Assembly (NCBI GenBank): GCA_903813345.2
Contig: CAIIXF020000001.1
Coordinates: forward strand, 15,438,001 to 15,502,000
DNA: 64,000 nt
Direction of reading: 5' to 3'
Source: Owenia fusiformis
Taxonomy: Eukaryota
Translations under genes and position numbers: made by a program
Shown here: positions 51,601 to 63,769 of the stretch, piece by piece
Numbering within the stretch: position 1 is the stretch's first letter
How the letters are laid out: each line of letters starts with the position of its first letter
Notes under the pieces: generated by a model
The model's database searches: none
Told to the model about the DNA's origin: nothing
What the model saw: only the letters and a program-made list of their open reading frames with translations

Positions 51601-54600
51601 ACATTCTCTACAAATTATAACTTTCAATCATGATAAAGTGTCATTTCAGAAATGAAGATGCACATGTCATTTTGATGTAATGTTTATCTATTGATTTATT
51701 TTATTTATTTACACTCTTAAAAATTATTACTTGGATTTCCTTATATTGAGAAATTGTACTACTCATTTTAAGTCAAGAATTACTTAAATAATCTTGAACT
51801 ACTGAATAATTTTTAAGTAATTTTTAAGTAATTCATTTATGGTGAATTTACTAATGCAAGGAGAGAAATTGAAATACTTACTGTAGTAATTGTAATACTC
51901 ATTTACATAATTAAGCAATTGAAAAACTCAAAATGACAATATATGTTAAACCTAAGTAAAATGAAGTAAAACTAAGTATTTAACTTGAAGTAATTTTTAT
52001 ACTTGGGAAATACTCAAGTAATTCATTTTTAAGAGTGTAGTATTTAAGTCAGTGGCTCGGTCAACTTGACATTATGAGCCATTTTTACAGAAATATAGGA
52101 GTTGACGTACATCGGTGTTACATAGTTGAAGGTACTGTATACAGCCAAGTGAGGCTCGCATGACTAGTAGCATGTTGGTGCCGGTGGTGCTCTAAAGAAT
52201 GACTCAGCGGTTAGAAAATGCTATGTCTAGATATTCAGCAAATGATTTGATGATACATGAATTTTCATTTTTATTACAGAGATGATGACCAAATAGTAAA
52301 GTGTTAGCCTTATTGGCTCGAGATAGAGAGTTAAACTTTATCATTGGATTTTCACGTGTTATTTTATCGTTAAGCAACTTGAAATCATCTACATGGAGGG
52401 GGCATCTGAAAAGAAAATGGATTAGTGTTTTTGATTCTAGTTCGCAAGCGCACATTGGGGAATCAACATTGTTAAAATTATGTGAGTGTAGTTGCGCTTT
52501 GAGGACTAGGTCGCATCGGAGTTGGTTCAAGAGTTTTTCCCGATGTCTGGTAAGATTTAATGGAAAACTTGCTATTATAGGAGTTGGTAGTGATTTGGAG
52601 GCCATTTTACGTTTAAATGTATCACACTGGGGGGTATCGTGATGCAACAACACCGTGTTGTTGCATCAAGATGGCCATACTTCCGGTGATAGATTTTCGT
52701 ACGATGTTTTGTTTTCCCAATTCATTACACCCATTTCTAGGACGAGTTGCTCAATAATCATACACATGCAGTTAGCGCATGATCTATATTTTAAAAAACT
52801 GTCATTGGTATACATGTAGCATCATCAAGAAGCGATAAAAACTATTGATGCAACAACACCACTCTGTTTCTTATCGATGATGCAACAACACCAATGTGCT
52901 GATGCAAAAACGCCAATATAATGTATCATTGAACAACAAGAGAAACTGTTTTATGTTCTGTTTACAGGTGTAGGTCGGGACATGAATAAAACGCGTGAGT
53001 CAGTGGTCCATGAACGAAACGTATTTTGTTTGGTTTCTTTGTCTATATTAAAGTTAAAAGGATATACAATTGCAAGGCAAACTAAATAAAGTACTGAATC
53101 CCCGGGAGGCAATCTCATTGATATTGTATCTGAAAAATAAAGATTATACATTTTCTAAATTAAATGCCCTTGATTTACCGCCTGTGGAAATTGTTTACAA
53201 ATAACTAAATAATTTTGGAAAGACAACAGATATCAGTTAGTTTGTGTTGTTAGTACCTCAATTGAAATACTCAATTCTGATTGGTTGATGAGCGGTCAAC
53301 AAAATGTATTGTTAGTGCCTCAACTGAAATACTCGATTCTGATTGGTTGATTAGCGGTCAAAATTATGTACTGTTGACCGCTACTAGGTACTGTTGACCG
53401 CTACTTCTGAAAAAAAGTTTCATGACGTCACAAAAAAAACATGGAAGACGGACATTTTGTAAACGTTGATGAAAATGACTTTACTAGGCGACAAGTACAG
53501 CAAAAATACAAATAGAAATTAACATTAATTCACTAACGAGTACGCCGTGATGTGCCAAATACAGAGTTAAGCTACTTGCACTGTCTCCAGATTTTCTAAA
53601 AAAATATTGCTAACGTGGTTCGAAGAAAAGGTTGTGAAATGAAGCCATGCCGATTGATGATTGTAGTCTTTATGTGTATTATTAGTTTATTCGGACTAAC
53701 AAAACAAATGTAGACCTCTCCATTAGATCAACCGTCAAAATCATATACCTCGACTGTAAAGGTCGGTCTCTGTCAACAGTACTTTTTCGGTTTACAGCCT
53801 CGGTAAACAATTTTGCCGGTTGACCTCTGGGGAGGTCAACAATTGTAAACTGTTGACCACTACTAGGTACTGTTGACCGCTATTTTTGAAAAATTATTTT
53901 TTTAATGTTGAAATCTTTTTAATTTTTAAAAAATAAGTTGTGTAAAAAATTACAAGTATTTGACGGTTTGGGGATTTTTTGCTAAAAAATAATACCTTTA
54001 CTTATCAAATATGTGATACGTGATATTCGATTATCTATTCGTCCAATTATTATATTATTTGGACTAACAGAACAATTGTTAACCTCTCTTTTCGGTCAAC
54101 TGGCAAAAGTGTCCTCGACCTCTGGTCTTGATCAACAGTACTTTCAAGGTTTACAGTATCGGTATACAATTTTGCCAGTTGACCTTAAGAGAGGTCTAAT
54201 TTGGTATATTATATCCTTCAAATTATTATATTCTTCGGACTAACAAACAATTGTTAACCTATCTATTCGGTCAACTGACCAAAGTGTATACCTCAACAGT
54301 AAACCCTGAGAGTACTGTTGACCTCGACCTTCGAACTTTCAAGGATTACAGTATCGGTATACAATTTTGCCAGTTGACCTCAAGAGAGGTCTACAATTGT
54401 ATATTGTATATCCTTTGTTATCCCACTCAAAGTATGATGTCATATATCAAGTTGAAGAGTTGTATACGCTGCTCAGGAGTTTACGCTATCCAGGAGTTGT
54501 ACATCGTTCTCAAGAGATGTATAGGATGAGTGTTGGTTTAATGATATTGCAGTTATACAATGCTATTATATAAAGGTTATTTACTGAGAGGGATTCAATA

Positions 54601-57600
54601 TTGGTTTTATTCCGAGAGACAATACCTTTTTACTCAGTCAGAGAGAAGGAATCCAAAGAGAGCAATAATTCTACATGTGCGTCGTGCAAGATTTCCATTA
54701 AACGTGTAACTAAACGGCCTCTCTAATAAAGTCAATTAGACGTTTTTACACGTTGGCTCTCCAAATTGGAGGAAATAAAGAATCATATTATATTACAGTG
54801 TATCATAGATGAAGCAATCATCCCATCATCAACATTAGCTCACGAATGTCACAGTTAAACTGTTTTAGTTATAATTTGATAAACAGTGGTAACGTACATC
54901 TACTAGTTTATCACTGTTCCACAGATGGATGACAGATAATTTCCAATAGCTCGTCATGTTTACAGAGAACGAAAGATGTTTGTCCACCATTTTGAATGAT
55001 ACTAACTGGAGTCAGGGTCATCAAGCTATGGAACAGTGGTTTATGAAAATAGATTGTGTTACTATAAGCTTACCATGTTAAAGGCGATTGAACTATGTTC
55101 TAGAACAACGTCCAGTACATTATATAATATTTAAAAGTATAAATTTTTGAAAATACATATAAAGGATCTTCGCCCGCAGGACGTGTATTTTGAATGCCTT
55201 GAGAAGAACGCAAATATGGGTAATGGGTAACGGTGTTGCAATAGTAGCATTTAAAAATCTGTTCCTCTCGAGATTTATGGTCTTCTGAAATTATCTATTA
55301 ATTGGTGTTGCTGCATCATTGCTCAAATCTAGAGGAGTGTTGTTGCATCTTCGGTTTGGTGTTGTTGCATCAATAGTGAAGAACTAAAAAAATGAACTTA
55401 TTGCTTCTTGGTGATGGTACGTGTAAACTAATGACAGTTTCTTTAAATATAGATCGTGAGCTAACTGCACGTGTATGGTTATTGAGCAACTCGTCCTAGA
55501 AATGGATTTAAATTGGGGAAACTAAATATCGTACGAAAATCTATCACCGGAAGCCTGGCCATCGTGATGCAACAACACGGTGTTGTTGCATCACGATACT
55601 CCCCAGTGGTATCAAGTGTGTTTGATTGTTTGATTTTCAGGGGTAGATCATTCCATTCTTTTATACTTCTGTAAACACATGATTTTGATTTAATAATAGC
55701 ACGGTTTGCGGGGAGGATATATGATGGTTTGTTGCGAAGAACGCGTCTATTGTCAGGACGTTGGAACTTTCTGAAGATGTCAAGTATATAATTTGGACTA
55801 TTTCCATTTGTGACACTGTACATCATGTTCATGCGGCGGTGGAATCTTCTAGTTTCGAGCGGTAACCAGTTTAGGCACATGAGGACTTTGACTGAGCTAG
55901 ATCCTGAAATGGTACCGGATATAATAATACCAGCTTTGTACATTAGTGAGTCAAGGGATTTTAATTTGTTTATATTTGCGCAGCCATAGATTATATCACA
56001 AAAGTGTGGCCTTATGTATGTATTGTAGATGTTTAATAGGTGGATACCATTAAGTTTTGATTTTAAGACTTTCAGGGGATTGATTAATTTGTCAATGCGC
56101 TTCGAGATTTCAGTAATGTGATGGTTGAATTTTAGATTTCCGTCCAATATAAGTCCAAGGTGCTTATGGTGATCATACTTAGGTACGCGTATTTCCCAAA
56201 TGAAGAGGATAAATGTTTTCAATTGTTTTTCTTCCATGAAATATCAGATGGGCACTCTTAGTTGCATTGAAATTGAGATGCCATAGGTTTGACCAGTCAT
56301 TAATAACATCCATGTCTTCTTGAAGAGTTGTCATTTTATCAATTAGATTATCTTTATTATATGGACAATAGATGGACGTGTCGTCGGCGTAAAGAAAGGA
56401 TGTATTTGTTAACTTGTCTGGCATATCATTGATGTACAGTAGAAACATAAGGGGACCTAATATCGACCCTTGTGGCACTCCTGCATTTATATAAGAATCA
56501 GCTGAGTAGTTAGATTCGTGACCGTCGACCAATACGCGAACTTTCCTATTTGACAAATAAGATGATAAAAGATCAATTGTATTGGAGCCAAAACCATAGC
56601 TTTTCAATTTTGTAATAATATATTTATGAGGCATTGTATCGAATGCCGCAGAAATATCTAAGAACACACCAGATACTTCATCACCATTGTCTATACAGGA
56701 AGTTATGTAATCAATTATAGAAATTAACTGGCGTTCACAGCTATGCCGTGGTAGAAACCCACTTTGAAGGCTATATAGGGTATGATTTTCTATACAGTGT
56801 TGAAAGAGCCGGTTGAAGATAACGCGTTCGAACACTTTTGACATTGAACTTAAGAGCGTGATAGGTCGGTAATTAGCAGCATCAGATTTTGATTTTTTCT
56901 TGTGGACTGGTATTATATTGCCAAGTTTCCAAGATAGAGGAAAAGTTTTACACAAAAATATTTTATTAAAAAACTGATATAAGATTATTGATAGTTCAGG
57001 CGCAGCTATTTTCATCATATTATTATTTATCACATCAGGCCCCGGTGCTTTTGATACATTTAATCCCGTTAGAATCTTATCTATTGATATTAATAATGAT
57101 TATATCTTGTAGGATTTGCATATAAATCCATCAAGAAAAGGAACATTAGTACAAAGCTTTCAATTTCAAAGTTTAGAATTTGTCTTGGTTTCCATGTTTA
57201 TTCAATTTTAAATCGATGTTTTGATTGAAATTGCTTGGTTTGTTTCGAAATACATTTTCATCGATACATTCCTTAGATTGAATGTAGTTAATAAAAATGT
57301 AATGTCATTTTCATAATTTTATGTACATGCTTCAATGAATTTCGGAAGAATGACGTCGAATGTTCCTCAAATTGCGAGAATATTCTTCATAACGTTACAT
57401 TTCATTGTTTCCTGTGAAACAGGAGTGTGCACCAATAGCGTACTTATAGTAATTATCAGTTAACCTATTTTTGAAGCCCATATTTTAATTTAGCCCACCC
57501 TGTGAATATTACTATGAACAAGTAAGTCAAGTGGTATATCTGATCCCCAATATTGCTCGGTGATAGTGTAGATATGCAAATACTAAAAACTGCAATAGTA

Positions 57601-59931
57601 TCCACAAAGGCTTTTCACTTTCAGGACTTCTTTTCATGTATCTTAAAGTTAAGACTGAATGAAACTGAAAATGGTTTACCCATTTGATCTTCGCCATTGT
57701 AATCCTCTGTAGTCTTGAACCCTGCTTCAACCGCTGCATCATAAACATACTTTATACATTCAACTTCATCCACAGTTGATACTTGTAGAGGCCCTGAGGT
57801 ACCATGGTATTCTATAAATCATAGACACATATTTGATATTTGTAAAAAGCCAATACTTGCAGAGCTGTATCCAACTCTAACTTCTATCTGGGTCATTGAT
57901 ATAATCACATTTTGTTATTAGAGGCTAGGACTTGAGTGAACGCTTCTTTCGCAATTTACTTCCATAAGTCATACCAGAATAAGAAACAGGAAAATGTGGT
58001 AGGCATTGCAACAATGCTCGTTTACATTTTTAGATACGTTTCACTTACTTGATTTGCTTAATTTTGGATCAAGTTGTGTTTCAGATTTCTTGAAATATGG
58101 AAGTACATCTTTGTAGCTCCACCCTGTGTTTCCCAGTTCTGCCCACATGTCATAGTCATATTTACTACCACGCGTGTATTGCATGTAGTTATGTGCACTG
58201 CAACCTCCAAGTAATTTGCCAGTTGCCCATTTACTTCGCTTCAATAGTATGTAAAATGTGTATTTTCACAGTAAAAGAAAGCAATTATTATAAAATTATG
58301 GCGATAATTTGAGATTTTAGCTACCTGTGCAAGATCATCCACATTTATAAAGCTTTACTAGAAGAGTATGTATGCCAAAGAGTAATTTAACTTTTGGATT
58401 CTCTTTAGTTAATTTTTTAATTAATTTTGTCTTCAGCTCAATAAAAAAGAAACATGCAAATTAAAAAGAAGAGATCGTTTTGCACAAGTACACGTTGAAC
58501 CCTCCCGGGGAATCTGGCAATCGCAATGTGGTCAGTTTTGGATATAACTACTGGTCACTCAAGAAAATTGCAAAAAAACATATAAAATGACTCCATGATA
58601 ATTTTCAAATGTTGTGAATTCTCACTGAAATCTAGGTAAATTACCTAGATACGACCAGTGGGTAATCGGTTTCACCACCAAGTGGCTTACACTCGGGAAA
58701 GATAACATAAGAGGCATCCAGAACTTTGCCCAAAACTAATCAATAGACTTTTAAAGATCATTTATCTAACGTTTATGAGTAAAGTGGGATTTTGAATAGG
58801 ATATCACTTTCTCTAAATTTTGAATAATTTAATGAAATTATTTCAAGTCTATTTAAATCACAAAGAATTTATTATAACCGGAATTTTCAAAAATATGAAT
58901 TTTATAATATTTACCGAGTTTTCCAAGCCTTTGCAACAGTGTTTCTGAGGAACTGTTTTGTACTCCCAGTCCATGCTTGTCCGTTGAGCAAACTGGGCCC
59001 CTAATGGCGGTTTTGTGAGAGGGTTTGATGCTTCTCCAGCTTCTAGGAGCAAAACTTTGGTGTTTGGGTCTTCTGAGAGTCTACTTGCTACAACAGCACC
59101 TGCTGATCCTGCTCCAACTGTAACCATACATGGATTCATTTTCTTTCTGCACGAGGTGCTTCGGATTGAGCAAATCCTCAAAATGGATTTCAACTAATTA
59201 TTAATTAATCGGTTTATTGGTCTCTGGAACTCATTTAAGGTAAATCGAGATGAAAGTCCGACAAAGCAAATAAAACATTTATGTATATACACTCCCCTCC
59301 ATAAGTTTGGCAACCTTAGCTCCCCCGTTGAACTACGTGTTAAAGCCTGAGTTTTTATTTACTCAACCGGTGATGAAATAACTATTACTATTGATGGAAA
59401 CGTAACTTGCTTTATTTCCAATACCTCCAAATTTTCTCAATTTTTCCTCAATTACAATAGGTCGCATATTAATGATAAAGATGATTTTTTGAAAATCGTC
59501 ATTCCCATGTAATCCAATTGGAAATGGAGGGTTCGAGGCAAATCAGAAACCGGGATATCTTTTCAGTAAAAGATTCAGCAAAAAAATATTTTTATAAAGA
59601 AAATTGAATTGTCTAACTTTTTATACACTAAGTGTTTAGTTTATTTGATGAATACTAAAGTTACAGCGCTTAATCTAAGTCATATTTAAAAATAATTTTT
59701 CGCCTCTTGTGTTATTTCAATGGGAGAAGTTTTTTGAAAAACAATTTTGATTTTAAACCCCGATAACTTTGTTGAATCTGAACAAACATATCAAGTTTTT
59801 GTTAAATTATATTATTTGGAAATCCTCTGTACATGGAGATGAGCTGTTCAAAATAGTATCTATTGTAAAAATGTTAAATAATTATATGAACATGTATGTA
59901 TATTATGTATGATGTATGTGTAAGATCCAAT

Positions 59932-59962
<31 letters not shown>

Positions 59963-62135
59963 TTGTTAAATAAAGTTAGCAAATTCAATTGCCTGCCTAA
60001 CTCGTATTTTTGCAAGGATTCGGAGTGATGGATATTCTATCATATGACTTGCGGCAAACCTACCATTTCCCATTGGTTAACATAGGAATGTCGATTTTCA
60101 AAATTCATCAAATTTATTATCAATTTTCGACTAATTGTAATTGAGGAAAAAAATGAGAAATTTTGGAGGTATTGGACATAAAGTCAAATTACGTTTCCAT
60201 CAATAGTAAGTATTTTCATCGTAGGTTAAGTAAATAAAAAAATTCAAAGGTAAAGCGGCTTTAACACGTAGTTCAATGCGGGAGCTAAGGTTGGCAAACT
60301 TATGGCCCTGATTTAACATCAATTTAATAACTAGTAATATTATGAGCTCTGTGACCTTGCATTAAGCTTAAGTTTAATGTCATGGAATTATATGAACTAC
60401 TGTGTTTTGATTGGTTGGAATTAGGCACACAGACTGTCATCGAAATATGAGGTTACATTGAATATGCATCGTCGGTTCCCACGCTCAATCACTACGATAG
60501 GATAGGTCCGAAGCTTGATGAAGCAAGATGTTGAATATGTGGTGTAAAAGGAAACGGGTTAAAGTATCAAAAAGGCAAAACTGAATTAAAAACTATGTAT
60601 AGGGGAAAAACTTGCATCTTGTATCTACAAGACCATGCAAAAAATGTCTGAAAATATTGATTGGTTTGTCTATGCTGTTGATATGCTTTTTGGTACATTT
60701 TTGAGACACCCTTGGCCTACTAGTATATAGTCACATACCGGCCGGTATGACTTTGATATTGCAATTGTGACTTCGGACTTTTGTATTCCATATATGATAA
60801 AGTGTATTATACACTCACCTTTAGCGTTTTATGATAACCCAAGGGCAATTTATTCAATGTTGTCTCATTGAGACTGACAAACGCTATCACTTCAACACTG
60901 GTTGGGATCGAAAGATTTGTCCGCTTACTCCATGAAATGGGTACAGTATATCATTTACACCTTCAGACCTTTCACCGCTATTGAAAATCCATAAACGCTG
61001 GGGGTAAAAGCGATTGAAAACGGCGCCAGAGTATTTATCATACTCTAAAGCGTACCTTTTTAATGATATTTAGATGCATTTGGTTTTTTGAACTTTTATA
61101 GAAAATAGTTTTTGAATTTTTTGACCGCTACTATGGAAGAGCAGTATCAAATGTGAAATACATTAAGAAAAGACGTAATACATTAAGGAATTATTATTGA
61201 AAATTTGTTGAAAATAAGCAAAAAATTAACTCCAAAGCGCAAATATTTGAAACATTATAAGAACTTGTTTTCAACCTAGATAGGCCAACAATATTAGTTT
61301 ATTTTGAAGGTTTAGCATATTTCGAAAATTTTTGTGCCGGAAAAAATGACAATTTCTGATGAATATCTTTTGCCTGATCTATTCTGTTCAATGGAGTAAA
61401 GAAATGATGTGTTTTACAGTGCTAAGTGTTGTATTTGACCTAGGTCAACAGCCTGAGCACATTTTAAAAAATAAAGTCCCCTAAGTTTCACACTGGATTT
61501 ATATTGAGCAAGGTCTTGGGCTTATTTTGAACTTGGGCTCTCTGTCCTAGCCCCGGTGTGAAAGAAATGATGGTCCCCCAGGGATTATGGTCCCCTTTCT
61601 TAATGGCCCTGATTACGTGTAAGATAATGAGGGAAAGACTTGTATTTAGGTCACCATATAAATCAATGGAGAGTGGGACCATTATTTGATAGGACCTCCT
61701 ACCCTTTTACACCGGCAACGATCGAAAAATAGGTGCTAAAGGTGGCACCCCTTGCAAGTTAACCCCAAATTTAAAACTAATTGTTTCTAAAATGGCGGGA
61801 AATTCAGATATTTAAGAATTATGAAATGAAAGATTTTTTCAAAAGTCCCTATTTTTCAAAATATGTCAAGTCAAGTCATGAAAAGTAATATTTGAATGGT
61901 TAACTATATTTTCAATTTTAACACGGATGTTTTGAAAATCATACCCTGAATACACCACAATCATTTATACTGATTCTTCATTATTGAATACTTTGTATTT
62001 TTTCTTACCTACAATATAATCATATTCGTCATCTAGTACATCCCGTATTTTTGAATTAATGTCTACAGCCTTTTCCTTTGTAAAATAGAGATAAAGTGCG
62101 GCAAGAACTATGATATATGACAAACTCTGGAACAT
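39521..62135 (-). CDS. GMC oxidoreductase copy C (glucose dehydrogenase [FAD, quinone]/choline dehydrogenase-like), 11 exons, 598 aa, apparently intact
   Basis: Exons 62009-62135, 58915-59117, 58049-58238, 57680-57811, 50789-50913, 50048-50215, 49573-49723, 49276-49439, 40158-40341, 39769-39994, 39521-39647. All introns are GT-AG with compatible phases; total 1797 nt. Motifs: YDYIVVGAGSAG (FAD-binding), [70 protein letters not shown]. Hydrophobic N-terminus. Confidence 0.93.
39769..39994 (-). CDS. GMC copy C exon 10
   Basis: 226 nt, catalytic His motif [10 protein letters not shown]. Confidence 0.9.
40158..40341 (-). CDS. GMC copy C exon 9
   Basis: 184 nt. Confidence 0.9.
40345..42200. repeat. 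Same 32-bp minisatellite in C intron 8
   Basis: Paralogous array with a different unit number. Confidence 0.95.
42625..47730. mobile_element. PIF/Harbinger-like non-autonomous element 1 (~1.41 kb of its own sequence, interrupted by a LINE)
   Basis: aggtacgttcacaccaacggcg / cgccgttgatgtgaacgtagct termini, TAA flanks; empty site ccataactg in B near 26870. Confidence 0.82.
43468..47140 (-). mobile_element. 5'-truncated L1/Tx1-clade LINE (partial APE, RT and C-terminal Cys-rich domain), frameshifted
   Basis: [56 protein letters not shown]...EH. Poly(A) at 43468-43493. 17-bp TSD atctactgcatctttat (43451-43467 / 47141-47157, one mismatch). Confidence 0.93.
47734..49144. mobile_element. PIF/Harbinger-like element 2, inverted relative to element 1
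   Basis: 1411 bp, reverse complement of element 1 without the LINE; TAA/TTA flanks. Confidence 0.82.
49276..49439 (-). CDS. GMC copy C exon 8
   Basis: 164 nt, AG/GT. Confidence 0.88.
49573..49723 (-). CDS. GMC copy C exon 7
   Basis: 151 nt, [11 protein letters not shown]. Confidence 0.9.
50048..50215 (-). CDS. GMC copy C exon 6
   Basis: 168 nt, AG/GTGAG. Confidence 0.9.
50789..50913 (-). CDS. GMC copy C exon 5
   Basis: 125 nt, AG/GT. Confidence 0.9.
51712..52037. mobile_element. MITE with CACTCTTAAAAAT termini (EnSpm/CACTA-like), TA TSD, in the LINE tail
   Basis: cactcttaaaaat / atttttaagagtg. Confidence 0.8.
52625..55608. mobile_element. TIR element with CACTGGGG termini and 6-bp TSD GTATCA, inside the LINE ORF
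   Basis: ~250-bp TIRs with gatgcaacaacacc subterminal repeats; removal restores the LINE frame SNTLDT-FKRK. Confidence 0.85.
53240..54400. mobile_element. Nested repetitive element, possibly Crypton-like non-autonomous
   Basis: Duplicated ctgattggttgat.agcggtcaa boxes and three ~160-bp ggactaacaaaacaa...gttgacct..gagaggtc units; family assignment is resemblance only. Confidence 0.4.
57680..57811 (-). CDS. GMC copy C exon 4
   Basis: [11 protein letters not shown]...DYNGEDQM, 132 nt. Confidence 0.9.
58049..58238 (-). CDS. GMC copy C exon 3
   Basis: [24 protein letters not shown], 190 nt. Confidence 0.92.
58915..59117 (-). CDS. GMC copy C exon 2
   Basis: VGAGSAG, 203 nt. Confidence 0.92.
59290..60305. 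mobile_element. MITE (cactcccctccataagtttggcaacc TIR), right end clipped, C intron 1
   Basis: Long inverted arms, 59290-59520 versus 60070-60305; absent in B. Confidence 0.78.
59808..59956 (+). mobile_element. Short retroposed insert with poly(A) and 15-bp TSD
   Basis: AATAAA running into ~27 A; aagtttttgttaaat at 59793-59807 and 59957-59971. Confidence 0.85.
62009..62135 (-). CDS. GMC copy C exon 1
   Basis: [18 protein letters not shown]..., 127 nt. Confidence 0.88.
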
Positions 62136-63474
62136 TGTAAAGCTGCGCAGTGTCTTCTGTCTAGGTTAACCTTGGTCTCTCACACTGACCCACAGATACT
62201 TATACTCGAAATGTATTTTTGATAATGTGTCACGGCAGATCTATATATACCCAATGTAAGGTCAGCCAATAGCTACGTGTTGGGTTGTTGGCCCCATTTC
62301 CGTTTATAGGACACTGGTGGGTAAATCAATAACTTTTTAAATGACTGGCTCTAAATATGGTTTGAAGCTAGAACATTATTCCTTTTCTCAGTTTTTATAT
62401 TTCACTTGATTAATATGCAATATTTTCTGTTAAATTGTGTAAGAAAGTAAACATAGACCCATTAATGGTTCGGTAAAATAGCTATGACACCACAGTAGCA
62501 TGGTAGAACTGTCGCTGTGCGCGTTCTTCAAAACTATGGGCGCCGGAACAGAAACAGAACGTAGCTGCAACTTTCTACGGTATATTTATGAACTTCATGG
62601 GCGCATTGGGACGGGAAGGTGATTGACTGAGGCCCAGGGACTGAGGACTTATTTAAAGAGTGTTTATGAACGAAGTAGCTAATTATTTTAGGCCTATAGC
62701 TATTTCTCGACCACAGCCAGATTTAACCCATTTTACGTCTTTTCTTTAGATCTGGAAAGAATGGTTGAAAACTAGCCTAGTTTGGTGCAATAGAGGTTTT
62801 ACACTAATTTTACGGCAAAGAGAAACGGTAGAAAAATGTCTGCGGCGGCTGCAGATTGGATGGTTTTGTATTTTCAAGAATACTTTAAAGTATGTTAAAG
62901 TTACCTCTTACCCATATTTTACCTGTTCATTATAATTCAAGATTCAAATGTATGAATAGTGTAGATATACTGAGTGAAAATTTCAGCCAGATTGACTGAG
63001 AAACAAAAAATAGAGTACTTTTGCAAGAACTTTATGAACGCCATGTATGTATATGATTTGTCAAATATTTGTATCCTCCAACACATCGTTCATGTTAATT
63101 CATGTTTTGTATCCTCCAAACATTAAAATATCATCTTTGGGAAAAAATATTTTTAGATTATTATTTCGAGAAATGAAAGTACTTTAATAAAAGTGTTTAT
63201 ATCATTATTATTTAATTTTTGAATTATTTGAATTGTCTTAGTAAGACTTTATTAAGCATATGTTGGAGGATACAAAATGACTTTAAGATTATGTGGAATA
63301 TAAACGTACAATCAAAAGTTAGTTGCATAATCATGTTATAACTTTGTTGGAATAGCGATGCATGTAACCTTTACATTTCTATTCCACATTGTATGCTTCC
63401 TTTTTATTTCCATGACCGACACATAACCATAAAAATTTGAATGATGTTTCTCATTCCCTCATTGCCCACGCTGC

Positions 63475-63768
63475 GTGTTTTTTCATGATATTATATTTTG
63501 AATGCCGTTTGTTGTTCCCTGATACTTATACCGGTCCACAACAGTAATCTGGTGGGCCATATACCGAAAAACGGTATTAGTTCTTGGAATACCCCTCGGT
63601 CGATAGTGCACAATGTTCGTTTTCTTAATATTTACGGAAAGACGCCATTTGCTGCACCAAATGGTTAGTTCATCAAGCATACGTTGAATTCCATCTTCTG
63701 TGCTAGATATTAACGCAACGTCGTCGGCATATAGAAGTATTGATATTTCCTCGCCGTTAACATTAACA
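63475..63768 (-). mobile_element. LINE RT fragment, paralogous copy
   Basis: Near-identical to 38440-38735. Confidence 0.85.
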
Positions 63769-63769
63769 T

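Larger units (their letters stand above)
51696..57076 (-). mobile_element. 5'-truncated CR1/L2-group LINE with nested DNA elements (C intron 4)
   Basis: RT ORFs at 56179-57033 (YADD), 55609-56237 and 52204-52624; (TAAA)n-like tail; 12-bp TSD ttatctattgat (51684-51695 / 57077-57088); empty site in B near 30370. Confidence 0.92.

Noticed and set aside
60467-60530. Hammerhead ribozyme (ttgatga / cgaag)
   Set aside because: Lacks the CUGAnGA and GAAA core in the right order with flanking stems.
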